The notes: generated by a model not told the origin, from the letters alone. Shown: positions 45,850 through 56,875, numbered from the stretch's first letter. The stretch is 64,000 nt of DNA from an uncultured Flavobacteriaceae bacterium (GCA_963709775.1 CAVPXS010000018.1:245067-309066); one strand, 5' to 3'. Numbers and translations: made by a program.

Positions 45850-47172
45850 ATGCTTACATTTAAGCTGTTCATATTGCTGTTATGTGCCGGGATTACTTCC
45901 GGGTTTGGTCAGGAAAACTTCAGGATCAAAGATGGAAAGAAAAAGGACCGGATAAAATTTGAAATGGTCAATAATCTCATTATTGTACCGGTGGAACTTA
46001 ATGGGACCCAACTTTCCTTTCTTGTAGATACAGGTGTAAAGACCACCGTATTGCTTACGCTCAATGAAGAAGATACGCTTTTACTCAAATCGGCGGAAAG
46101 GATCTTTTTAAGGGGTATAGGCGGGGAAGAATTGATCAAAGCTTACAGATCTTCAAATAATGAGTTTAAGTTGGGGAATACAACCAGTACAAATCTCAAC
46201 GTTTATGTCATTTATGACCCCGATATTAATTTCTCGCCCAGGCTTGGAGTTCCTGTTCACGGGATCATTGGCTACGATCTTTTTAAAGATTTTGTAGTGG
46301 AGATAAATTATCCAAGGCGCTTCTTCGTGCTACACGATCCTGAAAAATTCAGTAAAAAGCTCAGGAGATATAAGGAGGTGCCCCTGGAGTTTTTTCAGGA
46401 TAAACCTTATGTGCAGGTAGGTCTTAACATTGAGGGAAAGGAGTCGATGGCAACCTTACTTCTGGATAACGGTCTGAGCGACGCGCTATGGCTTTTCCCC
46501 GATTCCGAAAAGATACACGTTCCCCAAAATACTTTTCCCGATTATCTCGGCCGGGGTTTGTTAGGTGATGTGGTGGGGGAGCGTAGTATCGTTGAAACAT
46601 TAACTATGGGAGAAGAGGTTTTAAATAATGTCTCTGCCTCCTTTCCCGATAGTCTTTCGGTTGAAGGTTTAAAGACATATCACGCGCGCAACGGGAGTAT
46701 GGGGGCAGAGATTCTAAAGCGGTTTCATGTAGTTTTTGATTACCAAAATCAAAAGCTTTACTTGCGGGGCAACAAGTGGAGAGATGACGAATTCAGGCAC
46801 AATTTAAGTGGGATAGTGCTGGAGCATAAGGGTTACCAGATTGTAGAATCTTATGAGGAAGTTGTAAGATCTGTCTCCTCAAGGGAGGAGAGTAGAAATG
46901 AAATAATCCTTGAGCCTTCTCTCTATAAGAAGTTCGAATTAAAGCCGGCTTTCCAAATAGCCAGGTTAAGACCAGATTCTCCTGCAATAAAAGCAGGGCT
47001 AAAGGTGGGGGATGAGGTGCTAAAGATCAATGGGCGTAACGCATGGAAGCTGGATCTTAATGATTTTAATAGCTTCTTTACTTCAGGAGAAGGTAGAAAG
47101 ATTAAAATGCAGGTGCTTCGGCAGGATCAAAAGATGGAATTTGAATTTGAACTAAGAGATCCTTTAAAATAA
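45850..47172 (+). CDS. Secreted aspartyl protease-like protein with a C-terminal PDZ domain
   Basis: Signal peptide; FLVDTG and LLLDNG Asp motifs; SPAIKAGLKVGDEVLKING PDZ motif. Confidence 0.85.
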   Translation: MLTFKLFILLLCAGITSGFGQENFRIKDGKKKDRIKFEMVNNLIIVPVELNGTQLSFLVDTGVKTTVLLTLNEEDTLLLKSAERIFLRGIGGEELIKAYRSSNNEFKLGNTTSTNLNVYVIYDPDINFSPRLGVPVHGIIGYDLFKDFVVEINYPRRFFVLHDPEKFSKKLRRYKEVPLEFFQDKPYVQVGLNIEGKESMATLLLDNGLSDALWLFPDSEKIHVPQNTFPDYLGRGLLGDVVGERSIVETLTMGEEVLNNVSASFPDSLSVEGLKTYHARNGSMGAEILKRFHVVFDYQNQKLYLRGNKWRDDEFRHNLSGIVLEHKGYQIVESYEEVVRSVSSREESRNEIILEPSLYKKFELKPAFQIARLRPDSPAIKAGLKVGDEVLKINGRNAWKLDLNDFNSFFTSGEGRKIKMQVLRQDQKMEFEFELRDPLK

Positions 47173-47195
47173 AAAAGCCCCTCTAAAGAGGGGCT
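47171..47195 (-). terminator. Intrinsic terminator after the DUF1573 gene
   Basis: AGCCCCTCT-N2-AGAGGGGCT stem with a T run on the minus strand. Confidence 0.75.
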
Positions 47196-47220
47196 CCTAA
47201 AATGTCATTTTTGGAAGGTT

Positions 47221-47592
47221 TTATTCCAAAACTTTTCCTTTGATCTTGATCGATTTTGCAGGCTCTTCTGCATTAGAATAAACCGTAATGGTCTTTCTAA
47301 TAGGGCCAACAATTTTAGTGTCATATTTAACTTTGATCTCGCCAGTTTCACCTGGAGCGATAGGATCTTTAGGTTTTTCGGGGATTGTACATCCACAACT
47401 TGAAGTCACATCTGTAATAACAAGAGCAACATTTCCAGTATTTGTGAATTCAAAGACGCGTACGCCGTCACTTCCCTTTGCTATTTCGCCATAGTCTATT
47501 ACTTCAGACTTAAATTCGATTTTTGCTGTTTCCTGAGCCTGAACTGCGAAACCGACTAAAACGAAAATGGCAATTGCAATAAATTTTTTCAT
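47221..47592 (-). CDS. DUF1573 domain secreted protein (Ig-like)
   Basis: True start MKKFIAIAI (ATG 47592); FEFTNTG, SSCGCT, PGETGEIKVKYD motifs. Confidence 0.88.
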   Translation of the reverse strand: MKKFIAIAIFVLVGFAVQAQETAKIEFKSEVIDYGEIAKGSDGVRVFEFTNTGNVALVITDVTSSCGCTIPEKPKDPIAPGETGEIKVKYDTKIVGPIRKTITVYSNAEEPAKSIKIKGKVLE

Positions 47593-47696
47593 AGTTTTTA
47601 ATTTAATCAGAATTGTAAATATACTACTAATCTGTTTATTGTAGCAAATAAAAAGGCAATCCACTGCTCTGCCTTTTTTAATCCTGAAGTTATAAT

Positions 47697-47704
47697 TACT
47701 TTTG
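47697..47704 (+). promoter_or_regulatory. -7 element (TACTTTTG) for valS
   Basis: Exact TAnnTTTG 30 nt upstream of the ATG at 47734. Confidence 0.6.
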
Positions 47705-47733
47705 CCAAGATATTCCAAAAACCGCACCAAAGT

Positions 47734-50362
47734 ATGACTGTAGCATCAAATTACGTAGCCCGGGAAGTTGAAAATAAATGGTATGACTACTGGATGAAAA
47801 ACAATTATTTTCATTCTGAAGTTGATGAAAGGGAGCCGTATACAATCGTGATTCCGCCGCCCAATGTTACCGGTGTGCTGCACATGGGGCACATGCTTAA
47901 CAACACCATTCAGGATGTGTTGATTAGACGGGCAAGGCTTAAAGGCTACAATGCCTGCTGGGTGCCGGGAACAGATCATGCTTCTATTGCTACGGAAGCA
48001 AAAGTCGTGGCCAAGCTTAAAGCTGAAGGAATTGATAAAAATGATCTTTCAAGGGAAGAATTCCTGAAGCATGCGTGGGACTGGACTCATAAACATGGTG
48101 GGATTATCCTCGAGCAATTAAAGAAACTTGGAGCTTCCTGTGACTGGGAACGCACTAAATTCACGATGGACGATGATATGTCTGCTTCGGTGATCAAAGT
48201 ATTTGTTGATCTTTACCGAAAAGGGCATATTTACCGGGGATATCGTATGGTAAACTGGGATCCACAGGCGAAAACCACGCTTTCCGATGAAGAAGTGATC
48301 TATCAGGAGCGGCAGGGGCATTTGTACTACCTGAATTATAAAATTGAAGGGACAGAAGATACCCTTACAATAGCAACCACCCGTCCCGAGACAATTTTGG
48401 GAGATACTGCAATTTGTATTAACCCAAATGATGAGCGTTTTACCCATTTAAAAGGTAAAAAAGCAATTGTGCCTTTATGCGAGAGGGTTATTCCTATTAT
48501 AGAGGATGAATATGTTGATGTGGAATTTGGTACGGGATGTTTAAAAGTGACTCCGGCGCATGATGAGAATGATAAGATGCTTGGCGACAAGCACAATCTT
48601 GAGGTGATCGATATTTTTCACGACGACGCTACCCTGAATTCCTTCGGAATGCAATACGAGGGAATGGATCGTTTTGAAGCCCGAAAGCAAATGGTGAGGG
48701 ACCTGGAGGAAAAAGGGAATCCTTGTAAAGACCGAAGAGCACGTGAACAAGGTGGGGACCAGTGAGCGCACCGGTGCTGTTATAGAACCAAAATTGAGTG
48801 ATCAATGGTTCCTTAAAATGAAAGAACTTGCCCAGCCTGCTCTTGATGCTGTATTGGAAAAAGAGGTGAACCTGGTGCCCGATAAATTTGTAAATACCTA
48901 CCGTCACTGGATGGAAAATGTTCGGGACTGGAACATTAGCCGTCAGTTGGTATGGGGACAGCAAATTCCGGCGTTTTTCTATGGAGATGGAAAGGAAGAC
49001 TTTGTTGTGGCCGAAACTCCTGAAGAAGCCCTGGAATTGGCCAGGAAACAATCCGGAAAAGATCTTACAGCCGCCGACCTAACACAGGACAAAGATGCAC
49101 TGGATACCTGGTTTTCTTCCTGGTTATGGCCAATTAGTGTGTTTAACGGGATCCTGGAGCCGGACAATAAAGAAATAAATTATTACTACCCAACCAATGA
49201 TTTGGTTACTGCCCCCGAGATCCTTTTCTTCTGGGTGGCGCGAATGATCATTGCCGGATATGAATACAGGGATCAAAAACCTTTTAACAACGTTTACCTC
49301 ACCGGAATTGTGCGCGACAAACAGCGTCGTAAAATGTCAAAATCCCTGGGTAATTCCCCCGATCCTCTTGGGCTTATAGATGCTTATGGTGCAGATGGGG
49401 TTAGAGTAGGGATGCTTTTGAGTTCCCCTGCAGGGAATGACCTTATGTTTGAAGAAGATCTGTGCAAGCAGGGTGGGGCGTTTGTGAATAAAATATGGAA
49501 CTCCTTTAAGCTGGTGAACTCCTGGGAAGTTTCAGATAAAGCTGAACAACCCGAAGCTGCTAAAATTGCCATACAGTGGTATAAGGCAAAATTCCAGAAG
49601 AGCCTGCAAGAGATCGATGATAACTATAAAAAGTATCGCATGAGTGATGCTTTAATGGCAACTTATAAGCTGGTGTGGGACGATTACTGTTCCTGGTTCC
49701 TGGAAATGGTGAAGCCGGTTTACGGGCAACCTATGGACAAGATTACTTTTGATGCAGTGACAGAGATCCTGGAGGACAATTTAAAGATACTCCATCCCTT
49801 TGTGCCTTTTGTATCTGAAGAGATTTGGCAGTCAATGAAAGAGCGTTCAGAAAATGAAGCGCTTATCATATCATCCTGGCCAGAAATTGAAAACTTTGAT
49901 GCTTCTTTAGTTGAAGAATTTACAGTGGCTTCAGAAGTTATTTCGGGGATAAGGAGTATCAGGAAAGAAAAGAACATCTCTTACAAGGATCAGATTGAAC
50001 TACAGGTGCTTAACAACGAAAATGTGGCCGGTACTTTTGATCCTGTTATCGAAAAACTGGGTAATATTTCTACGCTTGGATACACAGATGCACAAGTAAA
50101 AGGTGCACTATCGTTCAGAGTGAAATCGAATGATTATTTCATTCCTGTTGCCGGTGCGATAGACGTTGATGCCGAAAAAGCTAAACTTGAGGAAGAATTG
50201 AACTATACCCGCGGATTCCTGAAATCGGTAGAAAAGAAGTTGTCTAATGAAAAGTTTGTTGGCGGTGCTCCTGCAAAAGTTGTGGAGAACGAGAAGCAGA
50301 AAAAAGCCGATGCCGAAGCAAAGATCGAAGCAATACTGGCAAGCTTAGAAGCACTTTCTTAA
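47734..50362 (+). CDS. valS: Valine--tRNA ligase; one extra G at 48715-48717 (about 875 aa when corrected)
   Basis: [25 protein letters not shown] in the first frame; DWNISRQL and KMSKS in the second frame; junction EK(G)[17 protein letters not shown]. Confidence 0.96.
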
Positions 50363-50783
50363 AGATTCAGGTTTTTCGAATAGAGTAGTTTCACCAGTTG
50401 GTTTTTATTCTTAAAACTAACTGGTTCAGTTACTTATCAAAGATTTTCAAGGCATCTCGACAAAGTAAATTCTTCCGTAGAAGAAAGAATCGAATAGGAG
50501 GTTTTCAGATCATGTGAAGTTTGAACTGGGACCAGACATAATTCTGCTTTTCCAAAATGAAGTAGGATGAAATTAAAATCTGCGAGGGTGGAAATTTATA
50601 TCTGTTACTGAATTATTGAAACCTCAAATTCTTTAAACCGAGCTAATTCCCGGTTTAGTAAAAAGCTTCGGAAATACCTTTTTTGAAGCAGTGAAAAAGA
50701 TTTTCGGCAATTAATCTGCCCCGAAAACTTTCTGGTAAATGCGTCTTTTTGGAGTTGGTAAATAGAAATTTTTCCTTTCTTAA

Positions 50784-51050
50784 CTAATCGACAATATTCT
50801 CATCGACAAGTTTAATGTACGCTTCCTTTGCTTCCTGCGGAGTCATGTTTCGCACCTGGAGCAGGGCGTTCAGTTTAAAGGCATTTTTGACGTCACTGTC
50901 ACCGGAAGGAATATATACTCTGGTGTGCTCTGTGGCCTGTTTATAAAAAGCATAGAGCTGGAGCATGATATCTGGAGGGAACTTCAGGGAAGTCTTACTG
51001 GCTTTTTCATAAGCTCTCAAAAATTCCTTATCAACTTCTTCAGGAGTCAT
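50784..51050 (-). CDS. Acyl-CoA-binding protein
   Basis: LQLYAFYKQAT...AFKLNA...EAKEAYI ACBP pattern; ATG 51050 preferred to avoid a 32-bp overlap with psd. Confidence 0.82.
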   Translation of the reverse strand: MTPEEVDKEFLRAYEKASKTSLKFPPDIMLQLYAFYKQATEHTRVYIPSGDSDVKNAFKLNALLQVRNMTPQEAKEAYIKLVDENIVD

Positions 51051-51060
51051 GGCTGTTAGA

Positions 51061-51714
51061 TTAGGAAACTTTGGCAATGAGACTAATTCCACCTTTTACT
51101 TTTTGATTCAGTTTAACTTCCAGAGGGGTGCCTAAGGGAAGGAATACATCTACCCTGGAACCAAATTTTATAAAGCCGCTGTCACTTCCCTGTACAACTT
51201 CTTCGCCTACCTTGGCATAATTGACTATTCGTTTGGCAAGAGCGCCGGCAATTTGTCTATACAGGATTTCTCCGGCAACTTTATTTTCAACGACTACTGT
51301 GGTGCGTTCATTTTCTTCACTTGCCTTTGGATGCCATGCAACAAGATATTTCCCCGCGTGATATTCGCTGTATTTTACAACTCCACCCACAGGATGTCTC
51401 GTAACATGCACGTTAATTGGTGACATGAAAACAGAAACCATTAACCGCTTATCTTTAAAATATTCTTTTTCGTAGACTTCTTCAATGACCACCACTTTAC
51501 CGTCAACCGGTGCGACCACATGTACATCGTTGATCTCGGTGTTTCTTTTGGGATTTCTAAAGAACTGGAGTACCAGGAAGAACAGTATAATTGATGCCAC
51601 GAGAATAACAACCCGAATCCAATAGGTGAAAATAAAAGTCTGTGCAAGCAGGTTTACAATGATCAACAGGATCATCGCAGTTCCCATTATTTTATATCCT
51701 TCTTTATGAAACAT
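51061..51714 (-). CDS. psd: Phosphatidylserine decarboxylase proenzyme (short type)
   Basis: APVDGKV, FMSPINVH, NER, IKFGSRVD (self-cleavage GS) motifs. Confidence 0.93.
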   Translation of the reverse strand: MFHKEGYKIMGTAMILLIIVNLLAQTFIFTYWIRVVILVASIILFFLVLQFFRNPKRNTEINDVHVVAPVDGKVVVIEEVYEKEYFKDKRLMVSVFMSPINVHVTRHPVGGVVKYSEYHAGKYLVAWHPKASEENERTTVVVENKVAGEILYRQIAGALAKRIVNYAKVGEEVVQGSDSGFIKFGSRVDVFLPLGTPLEVKLNQKVKGGISLIAKVS

Positions 51715-52507
51715 AGTTAATTAGTTGTAAATAGGCATAAACAAAAGGGCTCGAGAAGATAATGCTATCCAGCCTGTCGAACAAACCGCCGTGTCCCGGC
51801 ATCAGCCTTCCGCTGTCTTTGACCCCTGCCTGTCGTTTAAATTTAGATTGAATAAGATCTCCCAGGGTTCCAAAAATGCTTAAAATCACAGCTAGTCCTA
51901 TCCATTTTTCGATGTCGAGCAACCCGGTAAAGAAAAATACAAGATAGGCGGCAATCGCACTAAAAATAAGACCTCCCAGGAAACCTTCTACCGTCTTTTT
52001 TGGAGAGATCCTTTCAAAGAGCTTCTTTTTTCCAAAATTCTTACCTACAAGATAGGCAAAAGTATCGTTTATCCAAATAAGGGAAAATATCCCTACCACC
52101 AGTTCTGGGGTGAAATCTCCAGTATAGCTGGGAATGAGGGTAAGAAAGATCATGGAGGCAATAAGATAGAAGATGATAATCACATACTTCTTCTTTTCAA
52201 AAAGCGGAATTTTATTGACCAGCATAAGGTCCTTGACCAAAAAGAGATTTACAAATATGGTGATCATCAAAAGGACAAGAGTGGCGTATGGACTCCAGCG
52301 CATATAACTGAAAATGACAAACAGTCCAATTAACAGGAAATATCCCAGAAAGCTTTTAAGATGTAGCAGTCGCTGTAGTTCCCTTAAGCAGATAACTCCA
52401 AATAATAGAAAAAGGGTGGTAAAGGCAAATTCAGAGGCGAAAATGGAGACCACGAGTATAGATACGTACATGACTCCCGATAAACCCCGAATTATATTTT
52501 CCTTCAT
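51704..52507 (-). CDS. cdsA: Phosphatidate cytidylyltransferase
   Basis: WINDTFAY, ISPKKTVEG, GDLIQSKFKR, KDSG, PGHGGLFDRLDS motifs; ATG 52507. Confidence 0.95.
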   Translation of the reverse strand: MKENIIRGLSGVMYVSILVVSIFASEFAFTTLFLLFGVICLRELQRLLHLKSFLGYFLLIGLFVIFSYMRWSPYATLVLLMITIFVNLFLVKDLMLVNKIPLFEKKKYVIIIFYLIASMIFLTLIPSYTGDFTPELVVGIFSLIWINDTFAYLVGKNFGKKKLFERISPKKTVEGFLGGLIFSAIAAYLVFFFTGLLDIEKWIGLAVILSIFGTLGDLIQSKFKRQAGVKDSGRLMPGHGGLFDRLDSIIFSSPFVYAYLQLINYVS

Positions 52508-52508
52508 A

Positions 52509-53120
52509 TTACAGATCTTCCAGAAGCAGCAAATATAGGTTTTTTGTGCTACTTCCATAGCTCATAAAATCCCCTTCTTTGTTGGTCTCAAAATTCTTGA
52601 TGGTTGTAATATTTGAAGGAATGCGATCTTTGTTTTTAAATTTTATACCCCTTAAACCTTCTCCAATTGCATCTACAAGTTTACTCGTAGAGGCTAAAAT
52701 GACAAAATTATAAGGCAATTCTTTTAATTTCTTTTCCTTGATTTGATTAGAGGAAATGAGGATAGATCCATCATTTGCAATGAGGTATTCACAGGTACTA
52801 AGAAAAAAAGCTGCTTCGCCAGAATAGCTGAATTCCAGATTCTGGTCAGAGAATTTATCCCTTAAATTTTGATCAAAACAGCAAGCTTCTTTTTCATACC
52901 AGTCATTCTCCAACATGATGTTTTCAAATGTTTCTATCAACTCCTCGTTACTTTCACAATATAGGAATTTGCCGCCGTTGTTTTTAAAGTTGAGCATAAA
53001 ACGCTCATCTGTGGGAAGCTTAACATCTGGCATATACTTGCTACGGTCAGGATTATCTTCCTTATCCTGACCTCTGTCTGATTTAGATTTAGGGTTTAAA
53101 AAATTTCTAAATAGACTCAT
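52509..53120 (-). CDS. LUD-domain (lactate utilisation B/C-like) protein
   Basis: FMLNFKNNGGKF and STCEYLIANDGSIL segments; family assignment from recognition of this Flavobacteriaceae neighbourhood. Confidence 0.65.
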   Translation of the reverse strand: MSLFRNFLNPKSKSDRGQDKEDNPDRSKYMPDVKLPTDERFMLNFKNNGGKFLYCESNEELIETFENIMLENDWYEKEACCFDQNLRDKFSDQNLEFSYSGEAAFFLSTCEYLIANDGSILISSNQIKEKKLKELPYNFVILASTSKLVDAIGEGLRGIKFKNKDRIPSNITTIKNFETNKEGDFMSYGSSTKNLYLLLLEDL

Positions 53121-53154
53121 ATAGGTTTTCGGTTACTCGGGGTAGCATTTCACC

Positions 53155-53162
53155 CAAAGGTA
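53155..53162 (-). promoter_or_regulatory. -7 element (TACCTTTG) for LUD-cdsA-psd-ACBP, abutting the ftsH terminator
   Basis: Exact TAnnTTTG 35 nt upstream of the ATG at 53120. Confidence 0.6.
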
Positions 53163-53203
53163 AAAAATCTTAACTTACAGATTAGGATAAGTTAAGATTT
53201 TTT
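53162..53203 (-). terminator. Intrinsic terminator after ftsH
   Basis: AAAAAATCTTAACTTA-N10-TAAGTTAAGATTTTTT perfect 16-bp inverted repeat. Confidence 0.85.
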
Positions 53204-53219
53204 ACGGGTATTTAATATA

Positions 53220-55271
53220 TTATTTTCCTTCGGAAGTTGGGGCGTCTTGAGCCTCTGAAGGGGTGGTGTCACCGGGGATCGTTCTTTCGGTAACAGTTTC
53301 TTCCTGTGTAGGGACCTTTTTTTCCTGGCTATTGCCGCTCATGATCTCATCCCTGCTTTTGAATGGCCTCTTTCCAAAGATCTCTTCAAGATTGTCTTTA
53401 AAAATAACCTCTTTCTCCAGCAGGATCTCAGCCAGTTGGGTAAGCTTGTCCTTGTTTTCTTCAAGTAACTTTACAGCTCTTTGATACTGTTCTTCAATAA
53501 GATTTGAAATCTCTTTATCTATTAATTCTGAAGTTTTTTCACTGTATGGCTTAGTGAAGTTGTATTCACTCTGGCCCGAAGAATCGTGATAAGTAAGGTT
53601 CCCTACTTTATCGTTAAGTCCATATACGGTTACCATAGCCCTTGCCTGCTTGGTTACCTTTTCCAGGTCACTTAGAGCTCCTGTGGAAATTTTATTGAAA
53701 ATTACTTTTTCAGCAGCACGTCCTCCCAGGGCAGCACACATTTCATCAAGCATTTGTTCCGGCCTTACAATAAGTCTTTCTTCCGGAAGATACCATGCAG
53801 CTCCAAGAGACTGTCCGCGAGGTACAATAGTAACCTTAACCAACGGCGCAGCGTGCTCGAGGATCCAGCTTACTGTAGCATGTCCTGCTTCGTGGAAAGC
53901 AATTGCCTGCTTCTCCTCGGGAGTAATGATCTTATTCTTTTTCTCAAGACCACCCACAATACGATCTACTGCATCAAGGAAATCCTGTTTGCCAACGGCA
54001 GTTTTACCTTTACGGGCAGCAATAAGGGCTGCTTCATTACAAACATTGGCAATATCGGCACCCGAGAATCCCGGGGTCTGTTTTGCCATGAACTCGGTAT
54101 CCAGCTCGTCTGCTACTTTTTTAAGAGGTCGCAGGTGAACTTCAAATATTTCCTGTCGTTCCCTAACATCGGGTAGATCAACATAGATCTGTCTGTCGAA
54201 CCTTCCGGCACGCATAAGGGCTTTGTCAAGTACATCTGCCCTGTTGGTGGCGGCAAGTACGATCACATTGGTGTTCGTTCCAAAACCATCCATTTCTGTA
54301 AGAAGCTGGTTAAGGGTATTCTCACGCTCATCGTTAGAGCCGGAGAAATTACTTTTTCCGCGGGCACGTCCAATGGCATCAATCTCATCAATAAAGATAA
54401 TTGCAGGGGATTTCTCCTTGGCCTGCTTGAAAAGGTCTCTTACCCTTGAAGCTCCAACACCTACGAACATCTCTACAAAATCTGACCCGGAGAGTGAGAA
54501 GAAAGGAACTTTCGCTTCTCCTGCCACTGCCTTTGCCAGCAACGTTTTTCCGGTTCCCGGAGGACCTACTAATAAGGCTCCTTTAGGGATTTTTCCTCCT
54601 AAAGAGGTGTATTTTTCGGGCTGCTTAAGGAAGTCCACGATTTCCTGAACTTCTTCTTTCGCTCCTTCAAGTCCCGCTACATCTTTAAAGGAAACTTTTA
54701 CATCTGTATTTTGATCAAAAAGTTTGGCTTTGGATTTTCCAATATTGAAGATCTGTCCACCGGCACCTCCGCCTGCACCTCCGCTCATGCGGCGCATGAT
54801 GAAGATCCATATCCCAATGATAAGGATGAACGGTAACAGGGTCAACAGGATGTCCCCTAATAAATTTTGCTGGGTCTCAAATACCACAGGGGTATCAACA
54901 TTAGTTTCGGCTTTTACCTCTCTAATATCGTCTTCCAGGTTTTGAAGATCTCCAAATTCAAAAGTATAGGCTGGGGAATCTCCACCGGGGAATATTTCCT
55001 CCTGGACTGCATCCTTGTGTACTTCCTTTGATTTCGCTTCTTCGGTAAGGAATACCCTTGCCTGGTTGCGGTTTACTATAACCACTTTCTCTACGTCCCC
55101 CTGCTCAAGATAATCCAGGAATTCAGCGGGATTGGTCTTGGCAGGTTCATTGAACCCGCTTCCACTGTAAAAATTGATTCCCAGGAAAACAAGTATTATA
55201 GCGGCATAAATCCAGTATGCACTGAATTTAGGCTTTTTGGGCTCTTTATTTTTAGGTTGCTCTTTGGCCAT
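53220..55271 (-). CDS. ftsH: ATP-dependent zinc metalloprotease FtsH
   Basis: Two TM segments, [29 protein letters not shown] motifs. Confidence 0.98.
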   Translation of the reverse strand: MAKEQPKNKEPKKPKFSAYWIYAAIILVFLGINFYSGSGFNEPAKTNPAEFLDYLEQGDVEKVVIVNRNQARVFLTEEAKSKEVHKDAVQEEIFPGGDSPAYTFEFGDLQNLEDDIREVKAETNVDTPVVFETQQNLLGDILLTLLPFILIIGIWIFIMRRMSGGAGGGAGGQIFNIGKSKAKLFDQNTDVKVSFKDVAGLEGAKEEVQEIVDFLKQPEKYTSLGGKIPKGALLVGPPGTGKTLLAKAVAGEAKVPFFSLSGSDFVEMFVGVGASRVRDLFKQAKEKSPAIIFIDEIDAIGRARGKSNFSGSNDERENTLNQLLTEMDGFGTNTNVIVLAATNRADVLDKALMRAGRFDRQIYVDLPDVRERQEIFEVHLRPLKKVADELDTEFMAKQTPGFSGADIANVCNEAALIAARKGKTAVGKQDFLDAVDRIVGGLEKKNKIITPEEKQAIAFHEAGHATVSWILEHAAPLVKVTIVPRGQSLGAAWYLPEERLIVRPEQMLDEMCAALGGRAAEKVIFNKISTGALSDLEKVTKQARAMVTVYGLNDKVGNLTYHDSSGQSEYNFTKPYSEKTSELIDKEISNLIEEQYQRAVKLLEENKDKLTQLAEILLEKEVIFKDNLEEIFGKRPFKSRDEIMSGNSQEKKVPTQEETVTERTIPGDTTPSEAQDAPTSEGK

Positions 55272-55288
55272 GCGTTCTTTCTTAACTC

Positions 55289-55660
55289 TTAATAATTTGT
55301 TTCAATTGAAGTGGATTTTGCATCCCCCCAAAGACTCTCAATATCGTAAAATTCTCTTATGTGCTTTTGGAAAACATGCACTACCACACTTACGTAATCC
55401 ATTAGTACCCATTCGGCATTGTCCGATCCTTCAATATGCCAGGGCTTGTCTTTAAGCGATTTGCTAACGGTTTTTTGAATGGAATTTACGATGGCATTTA
55501 CCTGCGTATTTGATGTTCCATTGCAGATTATGAAATAATCGCAAACAGTATTTTCTATTTCCCGAAGATCAAGAATGTCGATGTCATTTCCTTTAACTTC
55601 TTCAATCCCCTTGATTATATGTGCTATAAGTATGTCGTTGTTAGCTTCTTTTTTTACCAT
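55289..55660 (-). CDS. rsfS: Ribosome silencing factor
   Basis: VKGNDI, DYFIICNG, EG...EWVLMDY, REFYDIESLW motifs. Confidence 0.95.
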   Translation of the reverse strand: MVKKEANNDILIAHIIKGIEEVKGNDIDILDLREIENTVCDYFIICNGTSNTQVNAIVNSIQKTVSKSLKDKPWHIEGSDNAEWVLMDYVSVVVHVFQKHIREFYDIESLWGDAKSTSIETNY

Positions 55661-55754
55661 TAAATTTATTTTCTTTGCGCAAAGTTATTACTTTTTAAGG
55701 TTTTTTGAACCTTGGTTTTCATAACATTTAACGCCAGCATTATCTATCGTTCGT

Positions 55755-56486
55755 ATGCACCTTATCAAAGTTAGTGCCATCAACTCCACCAATTCTTTTG
55801 CCCGGGAGCTCCTTAAAGAAAATTCTCAACTGCCACTAACCTGTGTTGTAGCTAAAAAACAATTGCAGGGCAGGGGACAACGGGGAACCTCCTGGGACGC
55901 CGAAGAGGGTAAGAACCTTACCTTTTCGGTATTTTTACCCCGTCCGAAAATAAATCCCGCGCATCAATTTTTGCTAAGTGCCACGGTTGCAGCTTCCTTG
56001 CTCACAGCGCTAAAAAGTTTTCTACTGCCACGACTTAAAATAAAATGGCCTAACGACATCTTGTCAGCAAACCAGAAAGTGGCGGGAATTCTAATTGAAA
56101 ATATTCTTGCTGAAGGAAAGGTGGTGGGATCTATTATTGGAGTTGGTCTTAATGTTAACCAGAAAGATTTTCAAAACCTGCCACAAGCTGCATCCATGAG
56201 TACTGTCACAGGACAGGAGTTCGAGCTGGATGAAGTGCTGAAGGTAATTCTGAAGGAGTTGGAATCCGGTTTCGCAGAACTTTCCGAAGAAAATTCCGAA
56301 GCTATATTAAACGCCTATAAAAATGACCTTTTTCGCAGGTTGATCCCGTCGACCTTTAAATATCCCGACGGGCAACTATTTACCGGAATGATCCTCGATG
56401 TCACCCCGGCAGGAAAACTGCTGGTGCAAATAGATGAAGAGGAAACTGCCGAATTTGACCTGAAAGAAGTTAGTCTTTGCTATTAG
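55755..56486 (+). CDS. birA: Biotin--protein ligase (no N-terminal DNA-binding domain)
   Basis: STNS, QLQGRGQRG, IKWPND, KVAGILIE, IGVGLN motifs. Confidence 0.92.
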   Translation: MHLIKVSAINSTNSFARELLKENSQLPLTCVVAKKQLQGRGQRGTSWDAEEGKNLTFSVFLPRPKINPAHQFLLSATVAASLLTALKSFLLPRLKIKWPNDILSANQKVAGILIENILAEGKVVGSIIGVGLNVNQKDFQNLPQAASMSTVTGQEFELDEVLKVILKELESGFAELSEENSEAILNAYKNDLFRRLIPSTFKYPDGQLFTGMILDVTPAGKLLVQIDEEETAEFDLKEVSLCY

Positions 56487-56875
56487 ATCTTCGCCAGGTT
56501 TTCTGACAGGTTCGTAATGAACTTCTTAAGAGGTCCTTTTACCATCATTGCCATCATAGTATTAAACTTCCCGTGGAAGAATAATTGTGCAGAACTCTGG
56601 TTTTCTCCAAGCGATTCGATTTCCACATCAAGTGAGAAATTAAATTTATCTGAAGTAGATCCCAGTTTAATAAATTCCGGTTCACGCGTCTCCTTTATTT
56701 GAAGAGCAATCTCGGGCATTCCCTTAAGTGCAAAAGCAAAAGTGTCCTGAGATTTTACTTCAAACTTTTCTTTGCTTTCGGGCATGATCTGTTCATAGTT
56801 ACTCACATCTGTGAGGAAATTGAACAATTCCTGCTGACTCTTCTGTACTGTTACTTTATCACTCTGTAATTCCAT
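56483..56875 (-). CDS. SRPBCC/START-like protein
   Basis: ELFNFLTDVSNYEQIMP pattern; follows pyrE in the same operon. Confidence 0.75.
   Translation of the reverse strand: MELQSDKVTVQKSQQELFNFLTDVSNYEQIMPESKEKFEVKSQDTFAFALKGMPEIALQIKETREPEFIKLGSTSDKFNFSLDVEIESLGENQSSAQLFFHGKFNTMMAMMVKGPLKKFITNLSENLAKI

Noticed and set aside
47593-47733. T-box leaders before valS or proS
   Set aside because: Leaders implied by the promoter elements are only about 25-50 nt and there is no T-box antiterminator motif
6816-50362. Programmed ribosomal frameshifting or phase variation as the cause of the seven split genes
   Set aside because: No shared slippery heptamer or stimulatory structure, runs are only 2-5 nt, all are +1, and essential genes are hit; sequencing error is more parsimonious (kept as a finding only for verification)
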